From IMG/VR virus record IMGVR_UViG_3300030294_000005, positions 172,185 to 236,184 of that record: a DNA stretch of 64,000 nt. The stretch is one strand, 5' to 3'. The translations under genes were made by a program, and so were the position numbers. The first letter of the stretch is position 1; each line of letters starts with the position of its first letter. Shown piece after piece: positions 1 to 9,891 of this stretch. The notes under the pieces were generated by a model. The model searched no databases. It was not told where the DNA came from and saw only the letters and a program-made list of their open reading frames with translations.

Positions 1-887
1 TACCACAAGGCGACTTTAAAATCATAATAACAAATAATAATTATTTAAAGAAGATATCGCCCAATGATTCTATTGGTAATTTAAAAGGTGATTCAGTAAG
101 ATCAATAATAAAAGTTAAAAATACTGAAAATATTTTACTGTTTGATGAACAAGGAAAAGTATTTAAATTGCCTGTTTGCAAAATACCATTATCTGAGATG
201 CACGGTAATGGGGTAGATATAAGGATGATTATAAAGAATCTAACCTCTAATATTTCTACAGTAATGTATGAACCTATATTGAAAGATATTACAAATAAGA
301 CTAGAAAACATTTCATTGTAATACTTACAAATGAAGGAAATATAAAGAGATTAGATATAGAAGATTTCCTATCTGTACCACCAAGCGGAATTCTATATGT
401 TAAATTAGATAAAAGTGATTTTGTTAGAGATATATCTATAGTTCCAGACAAGCATGATATTATAGTATATTCTAAATCAAAGGCATTAAGATTTAATATA
501 GAAGATGTTCCTCATCAGAAAAGAAATACAAAAGGTTCAAGAGCAATGGCTGCAGATGTTGTTGATGGATTATCATTAATAAAATCAAATACATCAGATG
601 TAGTAGTTATAACTAAATTAGGTAGAATAAATAAATTTAGTATAGCAGCTTTACCAATATTGGAAAGAGGAAAAGCTGGTTCTAAAGTTATTAAATTATC
701 AAAAGAAGATGAGATACACAATATATTTAATGTGAATAATAATGATATAGTTAGAATAGTTACCGAGACTGGTATTCATGATATAACTGTATCTGAATTA
801 CAAGATGGTAGTAGTATAAGTGCTGGTAATAAAATGATACCTAGTAGAGAGACAATATTTAAATCTTATATAAAGAAGAAAGAATAG
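1..887 (+). CDS. gyrA: DNA gyrase/topoisomerase II subunit A, C-terminal beta-pinwheel (5'-truncated by window edge)
   Basis: Frame is open from position 3. Repeated pinwheel blades (LLFDEQGKVFK, LTNEGNIKR, ITKLGRINKF) and GyrA-box-like QKRNTKGS and LERGKAGS. Confidence 0.85.
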   Translation, partial: PQGDFKIIITNNNYLKKISPNDSIGNLKGDSVRSIIKVKNTENILLFDEQGKVFKLPVCKIPLSEMHGNGVDIRMIIKNLTSNISTVMYEPILKDITNKTRKHFIVILTNEGNIKRLDIEDFLSVPPSGILYVKLDKSDFVRDISIVPDKHDIIVYSKSKALRFNIEDVPHQKRNTKGSRAMAADVVDGLSLIKSNTSDVVVITKLGRINKFSIAALPILERGKAGSKVIKLSKEDEIHNIFNVNNNDIVRIVTETGIHDITVSELQDGSSISAGNKMIPSRETIFKSYIKKKE

Positions 888-906
888 AGCAATTGCTCTA
901 TTCTTT
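879..906 (+). terminator. Intrinsic terminator (palindrome aaagaatagagcaattgctctattcttt followed by T tract)
   Basis: Perfect inverted repeat over the gyrA stop, followed by a T-rich run. Confidence 0.7.
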
Positions 907-923
907 TTATTTGATGGGGGTCA

Positions 924-1202
924 ATGATGAAAAGTAATATTATAGTTAATAAGATTATGGATGTTATTAAAAAATATATAGATAAACCAAATGTTGGGCA
1001 ATTATATTATGGAGAGAGTACAAATGTAGTACGTATATCATTAGAAAATACATCAGTAGCATTTATAATAACAAGTCCTAAGCATATAATAACCCATGTG
1101 GATCTTTGCTACCAGAATTGTTTGATTAAGAAATATATAAAAAGAGATTCAATTAATGATTTAATTAAAGAATTATCTGCTTTTGTAGGACAAGATATAT
1201 AA
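924..1202 (+). CDS. hypothetical protein
   Basis: ORF with GGGGG RBS, followed by a bidirectional hairpin. Confidence 0.6.
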   Translation: MMKSNIIVNKIMDVIKKYIDKPNVGQLYYGESTNVVRISLENTSVAFIITSPKHIITHVDLCYQNCLIKKYIKRDSINDLIKELSAFVGQDI

Positions 1203-1207
1203 AAAAG

Positions 1208-1233
1208 AAAGAATAGGATCTCTCCTATTCTTT
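1208..1233. terminator. Bidirectional terminator between convergent genes
   Basis: aaagaatagga-tctc-tcctattcttt with A/T tracts on both sides. Confidence 0.7.
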
Positions 1234-2556
1234 TTTATATTTTTTAGCAGCATCTTCATATTGTTGATGATTATCTATAGTATCTACTAGATCTCTTACA
1301 TCTCCACCAACTAATCTATATACTGTTGCACAATATATTCTAGATACAAGGTATGGATCTTTTATACTATTTTTTATTTTATTTTGAGCTGGACTAAGCA
1401 TATTATCTTCTAACCCTTTTTGTAAATCTTCAATATCTGATAATATACATTCTTTCACATGTGGATCTAAATCATTTTTTTCTACTTCTTTTTGTAGATA
1501 TTTTATTTGTTGATCTATTCTACTAGGGGTATTTGGATGACAATCAAATCCAGTAAGAATAACTTCCATTGGTAAAATCATTAATTTATAAAAATTAGAT
1601 ATTAATGGCATCTTTTCTATAACTCCATTAGTTATACTACCACCTGATGAGAATGTCATCTTAGTTAATGCTGAACCTAACTCAGATCCATATCCATATA
1701 TTGTTGCAAAATTATCAGATACCTTTTCCCCATTATATCCTAAATATGTAGATAATATTTTTAATGGAGTCATCTCTTTTAGTTGGCCGACTAAAATTAA
1801 TGGTAAAATGCTAATCATTGATATGCTATTAAATACAAATAAAAAAAATACTTTAAGATTACCAGTTTCAGTAATCATAACATCTATACCATTAACAACA
1901 CCTAATAAAAAATCAAATATTTTTGGAGCATCCTTATTCTTTTTTTTAAAGTGGGTGCTAAATCCTATAAATATTTGATTCAATATTGGGATTGATAATA
2001 TTCCTTCACCCAATGATTTAATAAATATCATAGGTGCAAGAATAAATAAAATAACTTGTTCAATTAAATGAGCTATATAAACAATTTGTTGTAATACATA
2101 AAAAACTGTGCTACGTCTGTCTATATTATAAGAAAAACTATGACCAATTTCATGTAATAATATAGCTAATACTTCTTCATCAGAAAATTTTTTATTTAAT
2201 AATAATCCAGTACTTATACATACTAGGGTAGTATACCCATTTTCAGATTTAAATTTAAACCCACTATTAGTAGCATCCATACTTTTTCCAGGAGTAAGTC
2301 CTATTGGTAATGTATATGCTTGATCATATATATCGTTTACTACATACAGGGTAAATGATTTAAATCCAAATTCCTTTTCTATCATCCTATTAAAATTTAA
2401 TAATTCTGGATCTATATTTATTTTAGTACTAAATGTAATATTATTATTTATAAATTGATTTCTAAATTTTGAAAATTGAGTCTGTATTTTTAATATATTT
2501 TTTGTCTTTCCAAAATACACCTCCTCTATAATTTTAGGAATTTTATATATACCCAT
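1225..2556 (-). CDS. Zinc metallopeptidase (M48-like HExxH), probably virion/membrane associated
   Basis: LLHEIGH motif, downstream ExxSDxFAxxYGYG and HPxxxxRI motifs, hydrophobic segments; upstream AACA-N6-TA promoter. Confidence 0.7.
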   Translation of the reverse strand: MGIYKIPKIIEEVYFGKTKNILKIQTQFSKFRNQFINNNITFSTKINIDPELLNFNRMIEKEFGFKSFTLYVVNDIYDQAYTLPIGLTPGKSMDATNSGFKFKSENGYTTLVCISTGLLLNKKFSDEEVLAILLHEIGHSFSYNIDRRSTVFYVLQQIVYIAHLIEQVILFILAPMIFIKSLGEGILSIPILNQIFIGFSTHFKKKNKDAPKIFDFLLGVVNGIDVMITETGNLKVFFLFVFNSISMISILPLILVGQLKEMTPLKILSTYLGYNGEKVSDNFATIYGYGSELGSALTKMTFSSGGSITNGVIEKMPLISNFYKLMILPMEVILTGFDCHPNTPSRIDQQIKYLQKEVEKNDLDPHVKECILSDIEDLQKGLEDNMLSPAQNKIKNSIKDPYLVSRIYCATVYRLVGGDVRDLVDTIDNHQQYEDAAKKYKKE

Positions 2557-2584
2557 TATAATGCCTCCTTTTAATTATAATTCT

Positions 2585-2596
2585 TATTTATATGTT
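2585..2596 (-). promoter_or_regulatory. AACA-N6-TA (AR9-type non-virion RNAP) promoter
   Basis: Minus strand AACAtataaaTA about 30 nt upstream of the ATG at 2556. Confidence 0.65.
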
Positions 2597-2627
2597 TAAG
2601 AATAAATTTGTTATATTCAAATTATTC

Positions 2628-2640
2628 AATTATATACTAT
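2628..2640 (+). promoter_or_regulatory. Putative early (virion RNAP) promoter AATTATATA(C)TAT
   Basis: One-mismatch copy of the recurrent AATTATATATTAT motif, upstream of the small ORF at 2689. Confidence 0.6.
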
Positions 2641-2688
2641 AGATATGAATAAAAAAATAATAAAAATTTTAAGGAGTTGTATTAAAAA

Positions 2689-2928
2689 ATGTTAAGCACT
2701 TTGACAGCAATAAGCAATTTAAATATATATCATGAGATTAGTCATAAAGGATCTTATGTAGACGTAGTTGTAGGAGAATGTAAAAACATAAAGATAAAAG
2801 TATTCCAAAAATTCTATAATGTATCTGTAAAAGGTAATGAAAAATGTGTAAGTAGAAATTATGCACATGATCATAATTTTGTAGAAGCAATAATAGAAAT
2901 GGAAAAACTTGCATCTATATGTTTATAA
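2689..2928 (+). CDS. small hypothetical (putative early) protein
   Basis: AAGGAG RBS; own promoter and terminator (about 2930-2956). Confidence 0.65.
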   Translation: MLSTLTAISNLNIYHEISHKGSYVDVVVGECKNIKIKVFQKFYNVSVKGNEKCVSRNYAHDHNFVEAIIEMEKLASICL

Positions 2929-2979
2929 TTAAATCAGTATGAAAAATACTGATTTATTTTTTTACATTTTTTATTTACA

Positions 2980-2991
2980 AACATATGAATA
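2980..2991 (+). promoter_or_regulatory. AACA-N6-TA promoter
   Basis: AACAtatgaaTA just upstream of the AGGAGG RBS of 3009. Confidence 0.65.
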
Positions 2992-3008
2992 AGTAAAAGG
3001 AGGTCATA

Positions 3009-4187
3009 ATGATGGAAGAAGATAAAGCAATATTAAAAGGTGTATATCCTATAATATCATCTAGTCTAGTAAAAAATACTACAAAATTTAAAAACTTAAT
3101 AGCTGGGTTCATAGAAAATCGTTCTAAAGATTTATTTGATACTGCTCCATGTAATAGACTACAATTTTTAAAAGATGATGTAGATAATTTTTATAAGGTA
3201 ATGAATATAACTGAAACTGATATAGAAGATGAGGTAAAGAAAACTTATTATTGGAAGATTGCTGATTTTAATCCAAGAGCTGCTAAAGATCCATTAACAG
3301 TAGCATTACTAAGTTGTGTAAGATATTTCTTTATAAAGAAAGATCAAAAGAATCTTGAATTAGCAATGATATATTTAGCTTTCTCTGGAAAGTTCTATCC
3401 AAGTATACATTCTGGATCATATCCAGTAGCTGCTCCTGAAGAAAACAGATATGTAATGGATTATGTTGTAAATGAAAAACTAACTAATAAATTTGATATA
3501 AAACGAGAGGGTAGTGTATTTGGAGCTATAAAAAGTATATGTTTAACATGGGTAGCTACTTATGATGATAGACTAAAATCATTTGATGATGAAGATATTG
3601 TATATTTAATACAACAACTTCATGGACGAATAAAATCATTTATGATAAATATTGCAGAAATATACTATGAGGTGTATAAGAATAAAGATAGTTATTTTGT
3701 ATATAATTCAGATAGTTTATCAGATGATAATTATCATATAGCAGATAATGATTCTTTAAAAATAGAAAGGCATGTTGAAAATACAATGTCTTATATATCA
3801 GGAACTGGTGTTGATTATAAGATATGTAAAATGTCATCTAATAGTAATGTAAAGACAGATGAGGTAAAAGAGATAATAGAAGCTGTCACCTCTAATAATA
3901 TAAATGTTGGAGAAGTAAAAGAATTAATTAGATTAATAATAACTCAATACTTCCTAATATCTAAAACTAAAGATGTAAGAGATGTTGATTTTATAACTAC
4001 GTCTATTGCAGCTAAACCAAATACTAAAGATAAGAATATACTAAGACAAAAACAAATAATAGAAAATTGGTTAGATAACAATTCTATAGCATATAGAAGA
4101 AGAAAATCTAGATTAGCGACTAAGAATAATTACTTTAAATCTATTCTCACTTACTTCACTATTCTTATTCACAATTCTAATAAATAG
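3009..4187 (+). CDS. hypothetical protein (same operon as virion RNAP beta fragment)
   Basis: 392-aa ORF with AGGAGG RBS; no recognised motif. Confidence 0.75.
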   Translation: MMEEDKAILKGVYPIISSSLVKNTTKFKNLIAGFIENRSKDLFDTAPCNRLQFLKDDVDNFYKVMNITETDIEDEVKKTYYWKIADFNPRAAKDPLTVALLSCVRYFFIKKDQKNLELAMIYLAFSGKFYPSIHSGSYPVAAPEENRYVMDYVVNEKLTNKFDIKREGSVFGAIKSICLTWVATYDDRLKSFDDEDIVYLIQQLHGRIKSFMINIAEIYYEVYKNKDSYFVYNSDSLSDDNYHIADNDSLKIERHVENTMSYISGTGVDYKICKMSSNSNVKTDEVKEIIEAVTSNNINVGEVKELIRLIITQYFLISKTKDVRDVDFITTSIAAKPNTKDKNILRQKQIIENWLDNNSIAYRRRKSRLATKNNYFKSILTYFTILIHNSNK

Positions 4188-4199
4188 GGGTTGGTATAA

Positions 4200-4496
4200 A
4201 TGCATTCAAATAAAATATTTACTATAAAAGAATTATCATTTAATTTACCAGACGATTTTAATGGAACAGTAACAGATGCATTAGAATTAATAGTTAAATA
4301 CAGAAAAAGTAAACTGGCTATTAATAATAGGATTGTTGGTCCTATATTAAAAACTGAGAAAGAACAACTAGAGGGTAAACCTACAATTGATCAATTATTA
4401 GAAAATAATACTAATAGATTATCATTTCAAATTGGTATTAGATTCTTTGAAAATGGCATATGGGTAGATAAAGTTGAAGATGAAAGGATGTTATAA
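4200..4496 (+). CDS. hypothetical protein
   Basis: ORF in operon context. Confidence 0.6.
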   Translation: MHSNKIFTIKELSFNLPDDFNGTVTDALELIVKYRKSKLAINNRIVGPILKTEKEQLEGKPTIDQLLENNTNRLSFQIGIRFFENGIWVDKVEDERML

Positions 4497-4498
4497 AA

Positions 4499-5230
4499 AT
4501 GGAATTAACTAATAAAAAAAGACAAGATGTTGAAAGTTTGATTTATAAAGTTTTTGATGCAGTCGATACTACTAAAACAAATAGTGAGCATTATAAAGGA
4601 ATCTTTTCTAAAATGAGTAATGATGAATTTATGAAATTTTGCAAATTAAGATTCCCATTTAAGTTTCATGTAAAACCTTTTGATATACAACCAACTATGA
4701 ATGAATGTAAAAATGCTTTAGATATATTAAAAGTACCTTTATTAGAAAAGGTGAGTCTTCCATACTTATATATAAATAAAGATGGTAAAGCAGTAAGTTC
4801 ACAAGAGTGCTTAGTTGGATATATTCATCTTAAAAAAGTTAAACAATTTATAACAAAGAAGAATTCTATGTCAACAGATATAGCTCAAAGAGATATGAAA
4901 ACTGGATTATTGACTGGAAAAGATAAAAATGGAAAAACATCAGATAGAGAAATGGAATCATTAGCTGTTATGGGATTAGAGAAATCTATTGATGAATTTT
5001 CAAGATCAAGAGCAGATTCTATGAAATCTAAAAACGTAATGTATAATACTATAAATACAGTAGGGCAGGTTAGTTTAGAAGATGTTCCTGTCGATAAAGA
5101 TGATTCACTTTCTAAAAATTTATTGAATGCATATTTGATAGGTAGTCATTTAAAAAGTAATTTAATTCTTCAAGACTACTATTTAATGTATACTTTAAAA
5201 AATAAAAAGGGATCATTAGAGCGTAAATAA
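4499..5230 (+). CDS. RNA polymerase beta subunit C-terminal fragment (probably virion RNAP)
   Basis: GYIHLKKVKQ...RDMKTG...NGKTSDREMESL aligns with RpoB C-terminal GY.Y..KL.H...GGQRFGEME. A second beta C-terminus exists at 12487, so this one belongs to a second RNAP. Confidence 0.75.
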   Translation: MELTNKKRQDVESLIYKVFDAVDTTKTNSEHYKGIFSKMSNDEFMKFCKLRFPFKFHVKPFDIQPTMNECKNALDILKVPLLEKVSLPYLYINKDGKAVSSQECLVGYIHLKKVKQFITKKNSMSTDIAQRDMKTGLLTGKDKNGKTSDREMESLAVMGLEKSIDEFSRSRADSMKSKNVMYNTINTVGQVSLEDVPVDKDDSLSKNLLNAYLIGSHLKSNLILQDYYLMYTLKNKKGSLERK

Positions 5231-5240
5231 AGATATTTAT

Positions 5241-5253
5241 AATTATATATTAT
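5241..5253 (+). promoter_or_regulatory. Putative early promoter AATTATATATTAT
   Basis: Exact motif; an AACA-N6-TA motif follows at 5306-5317. Confidence 0.6.
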
Positions 5254-5345
5254 ATAAATGATTATATATATTATATAAGCAATTATATAAATATACTATA
5301 TATATAACAATGAAATAAATAGTTTAATGAGGAGGTTGATACGAA

Positions 5346-5486
5346 ATGAACAAAACCGATGACAAACTTGGTTTTATTACTGAGGTTGGTGACCTAGGGC
5401 TTGGGTTCGATGAACTATCAAGCGAGGATAAAGACAAACTAAAAAAGATTAATACCGACAAAGAAGATAGTAAAGAGGATAAATAA
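5346..5486 (+). CDS. small acidic protein (46 aa; not in ORF track)
   Basis: GAGGAGG RBS; MNKTDDKLGFITEVGDLGLGFDELSSEDK...; AACA-N6-TA promoter at 5306-5317. Confidence 0.6.
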   Translation: MNKTDDKLGFITEVGDLGLGFDELSSEDKDKLKKINTDKEDSKEDK

Positions 5487-5522
5487 TATCCTCTTTTCTA
5501 TAATAATTAGGGGGAATTCATT

Positions 5523-6281
5523 ATGAGAAAATTTGTAAAAATATATTTATTAACATTGGTAGTGTTCATTACTGTTATAAGCATAGTAGTATTACATTAC
5601 GAAACTAAGGTAACAGCAATAAACACGAGCAACAAAATTTATGTAGAAAAATTAAATTCTACTCATAAAGAAGAAATTTTAAAATACGAAACATATGAAT
5701 ATTTATATAATGATAACATGACACAACTAGCTCAAGAGCAAGTAAAATATAAAGAGCTTAAAGCAGATTATGATTCTTTTAAAAGTAATGTAGCATTTAC
5801 TAAACTTAGCCAGACATATTCGAGAGGCGGAGCAGATGATGATTTAACTAAATTTAGTCCAATAACAACAGATGAACTCAATGCGTGGATAAAAGCTAAA
5901 GCTCCAGCAAATTCACCATTTATAGGAAAAGGAGATTCATTTATATTGGCTTCAAAAGATACAGGATTAGATCCTAAATATATAGTAGCCCATGCAGCAT
6001 TAGAATCAGGATGGGGGACTTCTAGTTTAGCAAAAAGTAAAAATAACTTCTATGGAATAGGAGCGTTTAATTCGTCTCCAAATTCAGCATATAACTTTGA
6101 TACAGTACGAGATGGAATAGTATCTGGTGCTAAATGGATTTATGATAACTACATCAGTGAAGGGCAAAATACATTAGAGAAAATGATTTATGGACATAAA
6201 GCCTATTGTGTGACAAACGCAGGCGTTCCAGATTCGGAATGGATTACTAAAGTGGGAAGTATCATGGTACGAGATTATTAA
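5523..6281 (+). CDS. Secreted/membrane-anchored peptidoglycan hydrolase (GH73 glucosaminidase)
   Basis: N-terminal hydrophobic signal/anchor, coiled coil, SRGG linker, AALESGWGTS and NNFYGIGA GH73 motifs. Confidence 0.85.
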   Translation: MRKFVKIYLLTLVVFITVISIVVLHYETKVTAINTSNKIYVEKLNSTHKEEILKYETYEYLYNDNMTQLAQEQVKYKELKADYDSFKSNVAFTKLSQTYSRGGADDDLTKFSPITTDELNAWIKAKAPANSPFIGKGDSFILASKDTGLDPKYIVAHAALESGWGTSSLAKSKNNFYGIGAFNSSPNSAYNFDTVRDGIVSGAKWIYDNYISEGQNTLEKMIYGHKAYCVTNAGVPDSEWITKVGSIMVRDY

Positions 6282-6369
6282 TTATATAATAATAAACTAA
6301 AATATGCATTAAAAACAAATAATACACAACAATTATTAAAATATAATATATTAAAGGGAGAGGATTAAT

Positions 6370-7572
6370 TTGCGTACACGTATAATAGGATTAGGTGCTG
6401 CTGGAAATAAAGCTGCAATAGCAGTTATAGAAAAAAGCATACTCAGTAAAGAGGAAGTATTATTATTCAATAGTACCATCAAGGATGTACCCGACGCTTG
6501 GAGAAGTATAGCAATACAATTTACAAATGTTAGTAGAGGCGGATGTGGTAAAGAACGACAAGCTGGAAAAGATTTATGTTTAGAATTTCTAGGTTCCGAA
6601 AGGGTCAAGCAATTGGATTCGTTTATTCAAGATGGTGAAGATAATCTAATAATAATAGTATCCTCTTCTGAGGGCGGCACTGGTTCTGGTTCTTCTGCAA
6701 TTATGGCTCAATATATCAAAGATGTTCTAGGTGCAAATGTTATGCCATTTGTATTTGATGGATTTGAGGAAGATAGCAGAGGATTACAAAATACAATAGA
6801 ATACTTTAAAGATATGCAGGATAAATATATTATTCAGGCAATATCCAATAAGAAATTCTTAGATGGTCCAAATAAATTTAAAGCTGAGAAAGCAGCTAAT
6901 GATGAATTTGCAAGACGTGTTTCAATAATAAATGGTAGTATGCTAATTGATTCAGATCAGAATATTGATGAAACTGATTTGTATAAAGTAGTAACAACTG
7001 CTGGATTTATGACTGTAGGATATACTGAGTTAAATAAAATAAAGAATATAGCTCAGTTTAATACAGTATTAACAGAATGTATTGATAATGATAAATCATT
7101 AGACATATCAACTAAATCTGCAAAAAGAATTGCAGTAATAATCAATGCAAAAGAAGAAACAAAAGATTCAATAGATTTTTCATTTAGTGTATTAAAAGAA
7201 AAATTTGGTAGCCCATATGAAATATTTACTCATGCTCAGTTTGATGAAAGTCAACCAGAATATGTAGCATTCATAGTTTCTGGATTGGAACTACCGATTG
7301 ATGATGTACAAGAAGTTTATGAAAAATATAAAAAAGAATCTGAAAAAGTTTCAAAAAGAAAAGATGGTTTCTTTGAAGCTGCATCTAAATTAAAAGGAAA
7401 TGAAATTGATGCAATGTTTAATTTAGAAGTTCCATCAAAAGAAGTTACTACAGATAGATCTAAATTTCTAAATACATTCAAGAAAAATATAAAAACTGAA
7501 ACTGTTCCTAACAAGGAAATTGATGCTAGTATAACTGATGTAAAAAATAATCAGTTTATTACTAAATACTAA
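6370..7572 (+). CDS. Tubulin/FtsZ-family GTPase (PhuZ/TubZ-like)
   Basis: IGLGAAGNK glycine loop, GGCGK, GGTGSG tubulin signature, NIDETD T7-like loop, flexible C-terminal tail; TTG start with GGAGAGG RBS. Confidence 0.9.
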   Translation: MRTRIIGLGAAGNKAAIAVIEKSILSKEEVLLFNSTIKDVPDAWRSIAIQFTNVSRGGCGKERQAGKDLCLEFLGSERVKQLDSFIQDGEDNLIIIVSSSEGGTGSGSSAIMAQYIKDVLGANVMPFVFDGFEEDSRGLQNTIEYFKDMQDKYIIQAISNKKFLDGPNKFKAEKAANDEFARRVSIINGSMLIDSDQNIDETDLYKVVTTAGFMTVGYTELNKIKNIAQFNTVLTECIDNDKSLDISTKSAKRIAVIINAKEETKDSIDFSFSVLKEKFGSPYEIFTHAQFDESQPEYVAFIVSGLELPIDDVQEVYEKYKKESEKVSKRKDGFFEAASKLKGNEIDAMFNLEVPSKEVTTDRSKFLNTFKKNIKTETVPNKEIDASITDVKNNQFITKY

Positions 7573-7589
7573 AAATTGGAGGTGTTATC

Positions 7590-8483
7590 TTGTTAGATAG
7601 TTTTATGAATGATTTAGAAAATAAGAAAACAGAAACTACATTAGTAGATATAAATATAATGGATACACCGATATTTAATATACAAGTACTATATGATAAG
7701 TTATCTAATATAGATAAAGTGTCAGATAAAGAATTGTATTCTTTATTAAAGATAGGATATAAAGATTTACTAAAAGATATCTTTAATAAAGATACACCAT
7801 TATATTTAACATTGTTAACAAATTCAAAATTTATTACAATATTTATACAGGTCTTGAGTTCAGAAATTCTTGACTATGATTGTAAAGTATATTGTAATAA
7901 GATAGCATATGATTATCTTACATTGTCAGAAAATAAAGATAAGTACATTCAACAGTTGTACTACACTTTATCTAAAGTTGTTAATCGAGGAATAATTCCT
8001 GGGCTATTGGGCCTTGGGATACAAGAAGATTTAGCATCTTATATAGCATTGGCAAGGTACTCATCATTAAAAGAAATGATAAATGTAGAAAGAGTTAATT
8101 TCATAATCATCTCTTCTTCCAAAGAACATGTTATGGCAGAACAGATGATAGTATGGATATATGAAAAATTATTTGATAGAGTTACTCCTTTATTTGAAGG
8201 AGTTATGTTCGATATTCTTACGGAGGATGATGAAGATAATTATACTGATAACATGCTAGAGACGTATTCTACGATCTCTCTAGCTGTATTAGATATAATG
8301 AATAATCTTCCATCCCAGGATATCAGGAAAGTCCTGATATCCTATGTAGGAGACTACGAACTAGTTTATAGAAAGCCAAATCAAAAAACAACAAGATTTT
8401 CTATGGACTCTTTATCAACTGATTATTCAAGAATAAATCAAGCAATAGAAGATTTAAAACTAGAAACAATCTATGTTCCTTAG
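7590..8483 (+). CDS. hypothetical helical protein co-transcribed with tubulin
   Basis: GGAGGTG RBS with TTG start, 17 nt after the tubulin stop; terminator at about 8496-8519. Confidence 0.7.
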   Translation: MLDSFMNDLENKKTETTLVDINIMDTPIFNIQVLYDKLSNIDKVSDKELYSLLKIGYKDLLKDIFNKDTPLYLTLLTNSKFITIFIQVLSSEILDYDCKVYCNKIAYDYLTLSENKDKYIQQLYYTLSKVVNRGIIPGLLGLGIQEDLASYIALARYSSLKEMINVERVNFIIISSSKEHVMAEQMIVWIYEKLFDRVTPLFEGVMFDILTEDDEDNYTDNMLETYSTISLAVLDIMNNLPSQDIRKVLISYVGDYELVYRKPNQKTTRFSMDSLSTDYSRINQAIEDLKLETIYVP

Positions 8484-8495
8484 GGATGAATTTAG

Positions 8496-8519
8496 TATAA
8501 GAGGCTGCAGCCTCTTATA
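8496..8519 (+). terminator. Intrinsic terminator closing the tubulin operon
   Basis: tataagaggctgcagcctcttata followed by a T tract. Confidence 0.75.
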
Positions 8520-8558
8520 TTTTTTTATATTAAAATTATAAATAGGAGATGTATTAAT

Positions 8559-8948
8559 ATGATTGAAAAGAAAATAATAAGAGTAGGAAAACCAACAAAA
8601 CTATCAGAACCTAATTTAAATGGAATATTATATGAACCAATATCTTTAAAGAATGCAATAAATACTTTTTTAAAAAATGAAGATCATATACCTAATGTTG
8701 TAGTTTTAGATTCTAGCTATGATTCTTTTAAAGATAATGAATATTATACTATAGACTTAAATAAAACATTAGGATATTGTATTGATATTGCTGATGATTA
8801 TATAGAAATACTAATAGATGATTACTATTCTTTTATTAGTAAATTTAAAAATCCAATAGCAATGCTTAGATTAGTAGGCGAGAGAGGTAATAATGTCGGC
8901 GAATTTAATGTTAAAAAAATAATAGCTATAGATATAAGGGAGAAATAA
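8559..8948 (+). CDS. hypothetical protein
   Basis: AGGAG RBS; 129-aa ORF. Confidence 0.65.
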   Translation: MIEKKIIRVGKPTKLSEPNLNGILYEPISLKNAINTFLKNEDHIPNVVVLDSSYDSFKDNEYYTIDLNKTLGYCIDIADDYIEILIDDYYSFISKFKNPIAMLRLVGERGNNVGEFNVKKIIAIDIREK

Positions 8949-8950
8949 AT

Positions 8951-9214
8951 ATGAAAATGAAAAATATATTTAAAACATTAAGTGGCAGACCTAAAAATGG
9001 AAATATAACAGAAACTATTAGACCTCTTATATTTTATCCACAATTACTATTCTGTATAATAACAATGTTCTTAGGATTCAGTAGCACATATCCAATAGAA
9101 AAACTTATGTTTTCTGTTGGTTCAATTGCTTTAGCTTGGCAATTAGGCTGGGGTATGAGTATAGAAAGATTTATAAAATCTGAAAAAAATAAAGATGACC
9201 TAACATCTAAATAG
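8951..9214 (+). CDS. small membrane protein (2 predicted TM segments)
   Basis: Hydrophobic stretches PLIFYPQLLFCIITMFLGF and LMFSVGSIALAWQLGWGM. Confidence 0.6.
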   Translation: MKMKNIFKTLSGRPKNGNITETIRPLIFYPQLLFCIITMFLGFSSTYPIEKLMFSVGSIALAWQLGWGMSIERFIKSEKNKDDLTSK

Positions 9215-9216
9215 AG

Positions 9217-9471
9217 GTGATAAATATGATGTTATGGGAAGAAGAAATTATTAAAAAAATAAGAGATAATGTATATTCAAAAGCTATAATACAATCTAGA
9301 ATTGGTACTGTAGTTAATATAACATCAATGCTTATATATAATCGTTATGTGTTTGAAAAAAAAGCAACAATATCTAAAATATTTTATCATATATTATCAG
9401 ATATAATGCATGATAAAAAATATAGGGGGAGTTTGAGTTTAAATGAAACTATTATACAACGGAATACATAG
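9217..9471 (+). CDS. hypothetical protein
   Basis: GAGGTG RBS (probable ATG at 9226). Confidence 0.55.
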   Translation: MINMMLWEEEIIKKIRDNVYSKAIIQSRIGTVVNITSMLIYNRYVFEKKATISKIFYHILSDIMHDKKYRGSLSLNETIIQRNT

Positions 9472-9772
9472 AAGAGTTGGATTTATAGTCCAACATTCTG
9501 GTGGATATAATCGTGAATATCATATAACTAAAATGTCTGAAAGATTAGATATAGATAGAGATACATTAGCTATGCTTTTTAAAGAAGCTTCAAAAAGTAA
9601 CATATTACAATATATTGATTTATTAGAAACAGGAGTTCCTATAGAGAAAGTATTTAGTATGGTAGATAATGATAATAGAATAGCACATGAAAGAATGATA
9701 AGATTTATGGCTTATACTTCAAAATATTTTACAGCATTTAATTATCTAGATAAAGGTAGGGGATATCTATGA
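9443..9772 (+). CDS. hypothetical protein
   Basis: GGGGAG RBS; overlaps its neighbours. Confidence 0.6.
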   Translation: MKLLYNGIHRRVGFIVQHSGGYNREYHITKMSERLDIDRDTLAMLFKEASKSNILQYIDLLETGVPIEKVFSMVDNDNRIAHERMIRFMAYTSKYFTAFNYLDKGRGYL

Positions 9773-9879
9773 TTATAGGATTGATGATAACTGGAGTTTT
9801 CTTATTTTTAATATTAGATGCTTCAGAAAAGTCAGGTAAAGCATATTTAGAATATCTTAAAAATAATCCAGATGAGTAA
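9769..9879 (+). CDS. small membrane peptide (36 aa; not in ORF track)
   Basis: ATGA coupling with the upstream stop; MIIGLMITGVFLFLILD... hydrophobic N-terminus. Confidence 0.5.
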   Translation: MIIGLMITGVFLFLILDASEKSGKAYLEYLKNNPDE

Positions 9880-9891
9880 GGAGAATTAATT

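Noticed and set aside
3009-4187. Chimallin (nuclear shell) or sigma-like nvRNAP specificity subunit
   Set aside because: No recognisable motif supports either assignment; a profile search is needed.
8559-8948. Prohead protease (PNLNGILY resembles NRNGRIY)
   Set aside because: Too short, and the catalytic His/Ser motifs are not evident.
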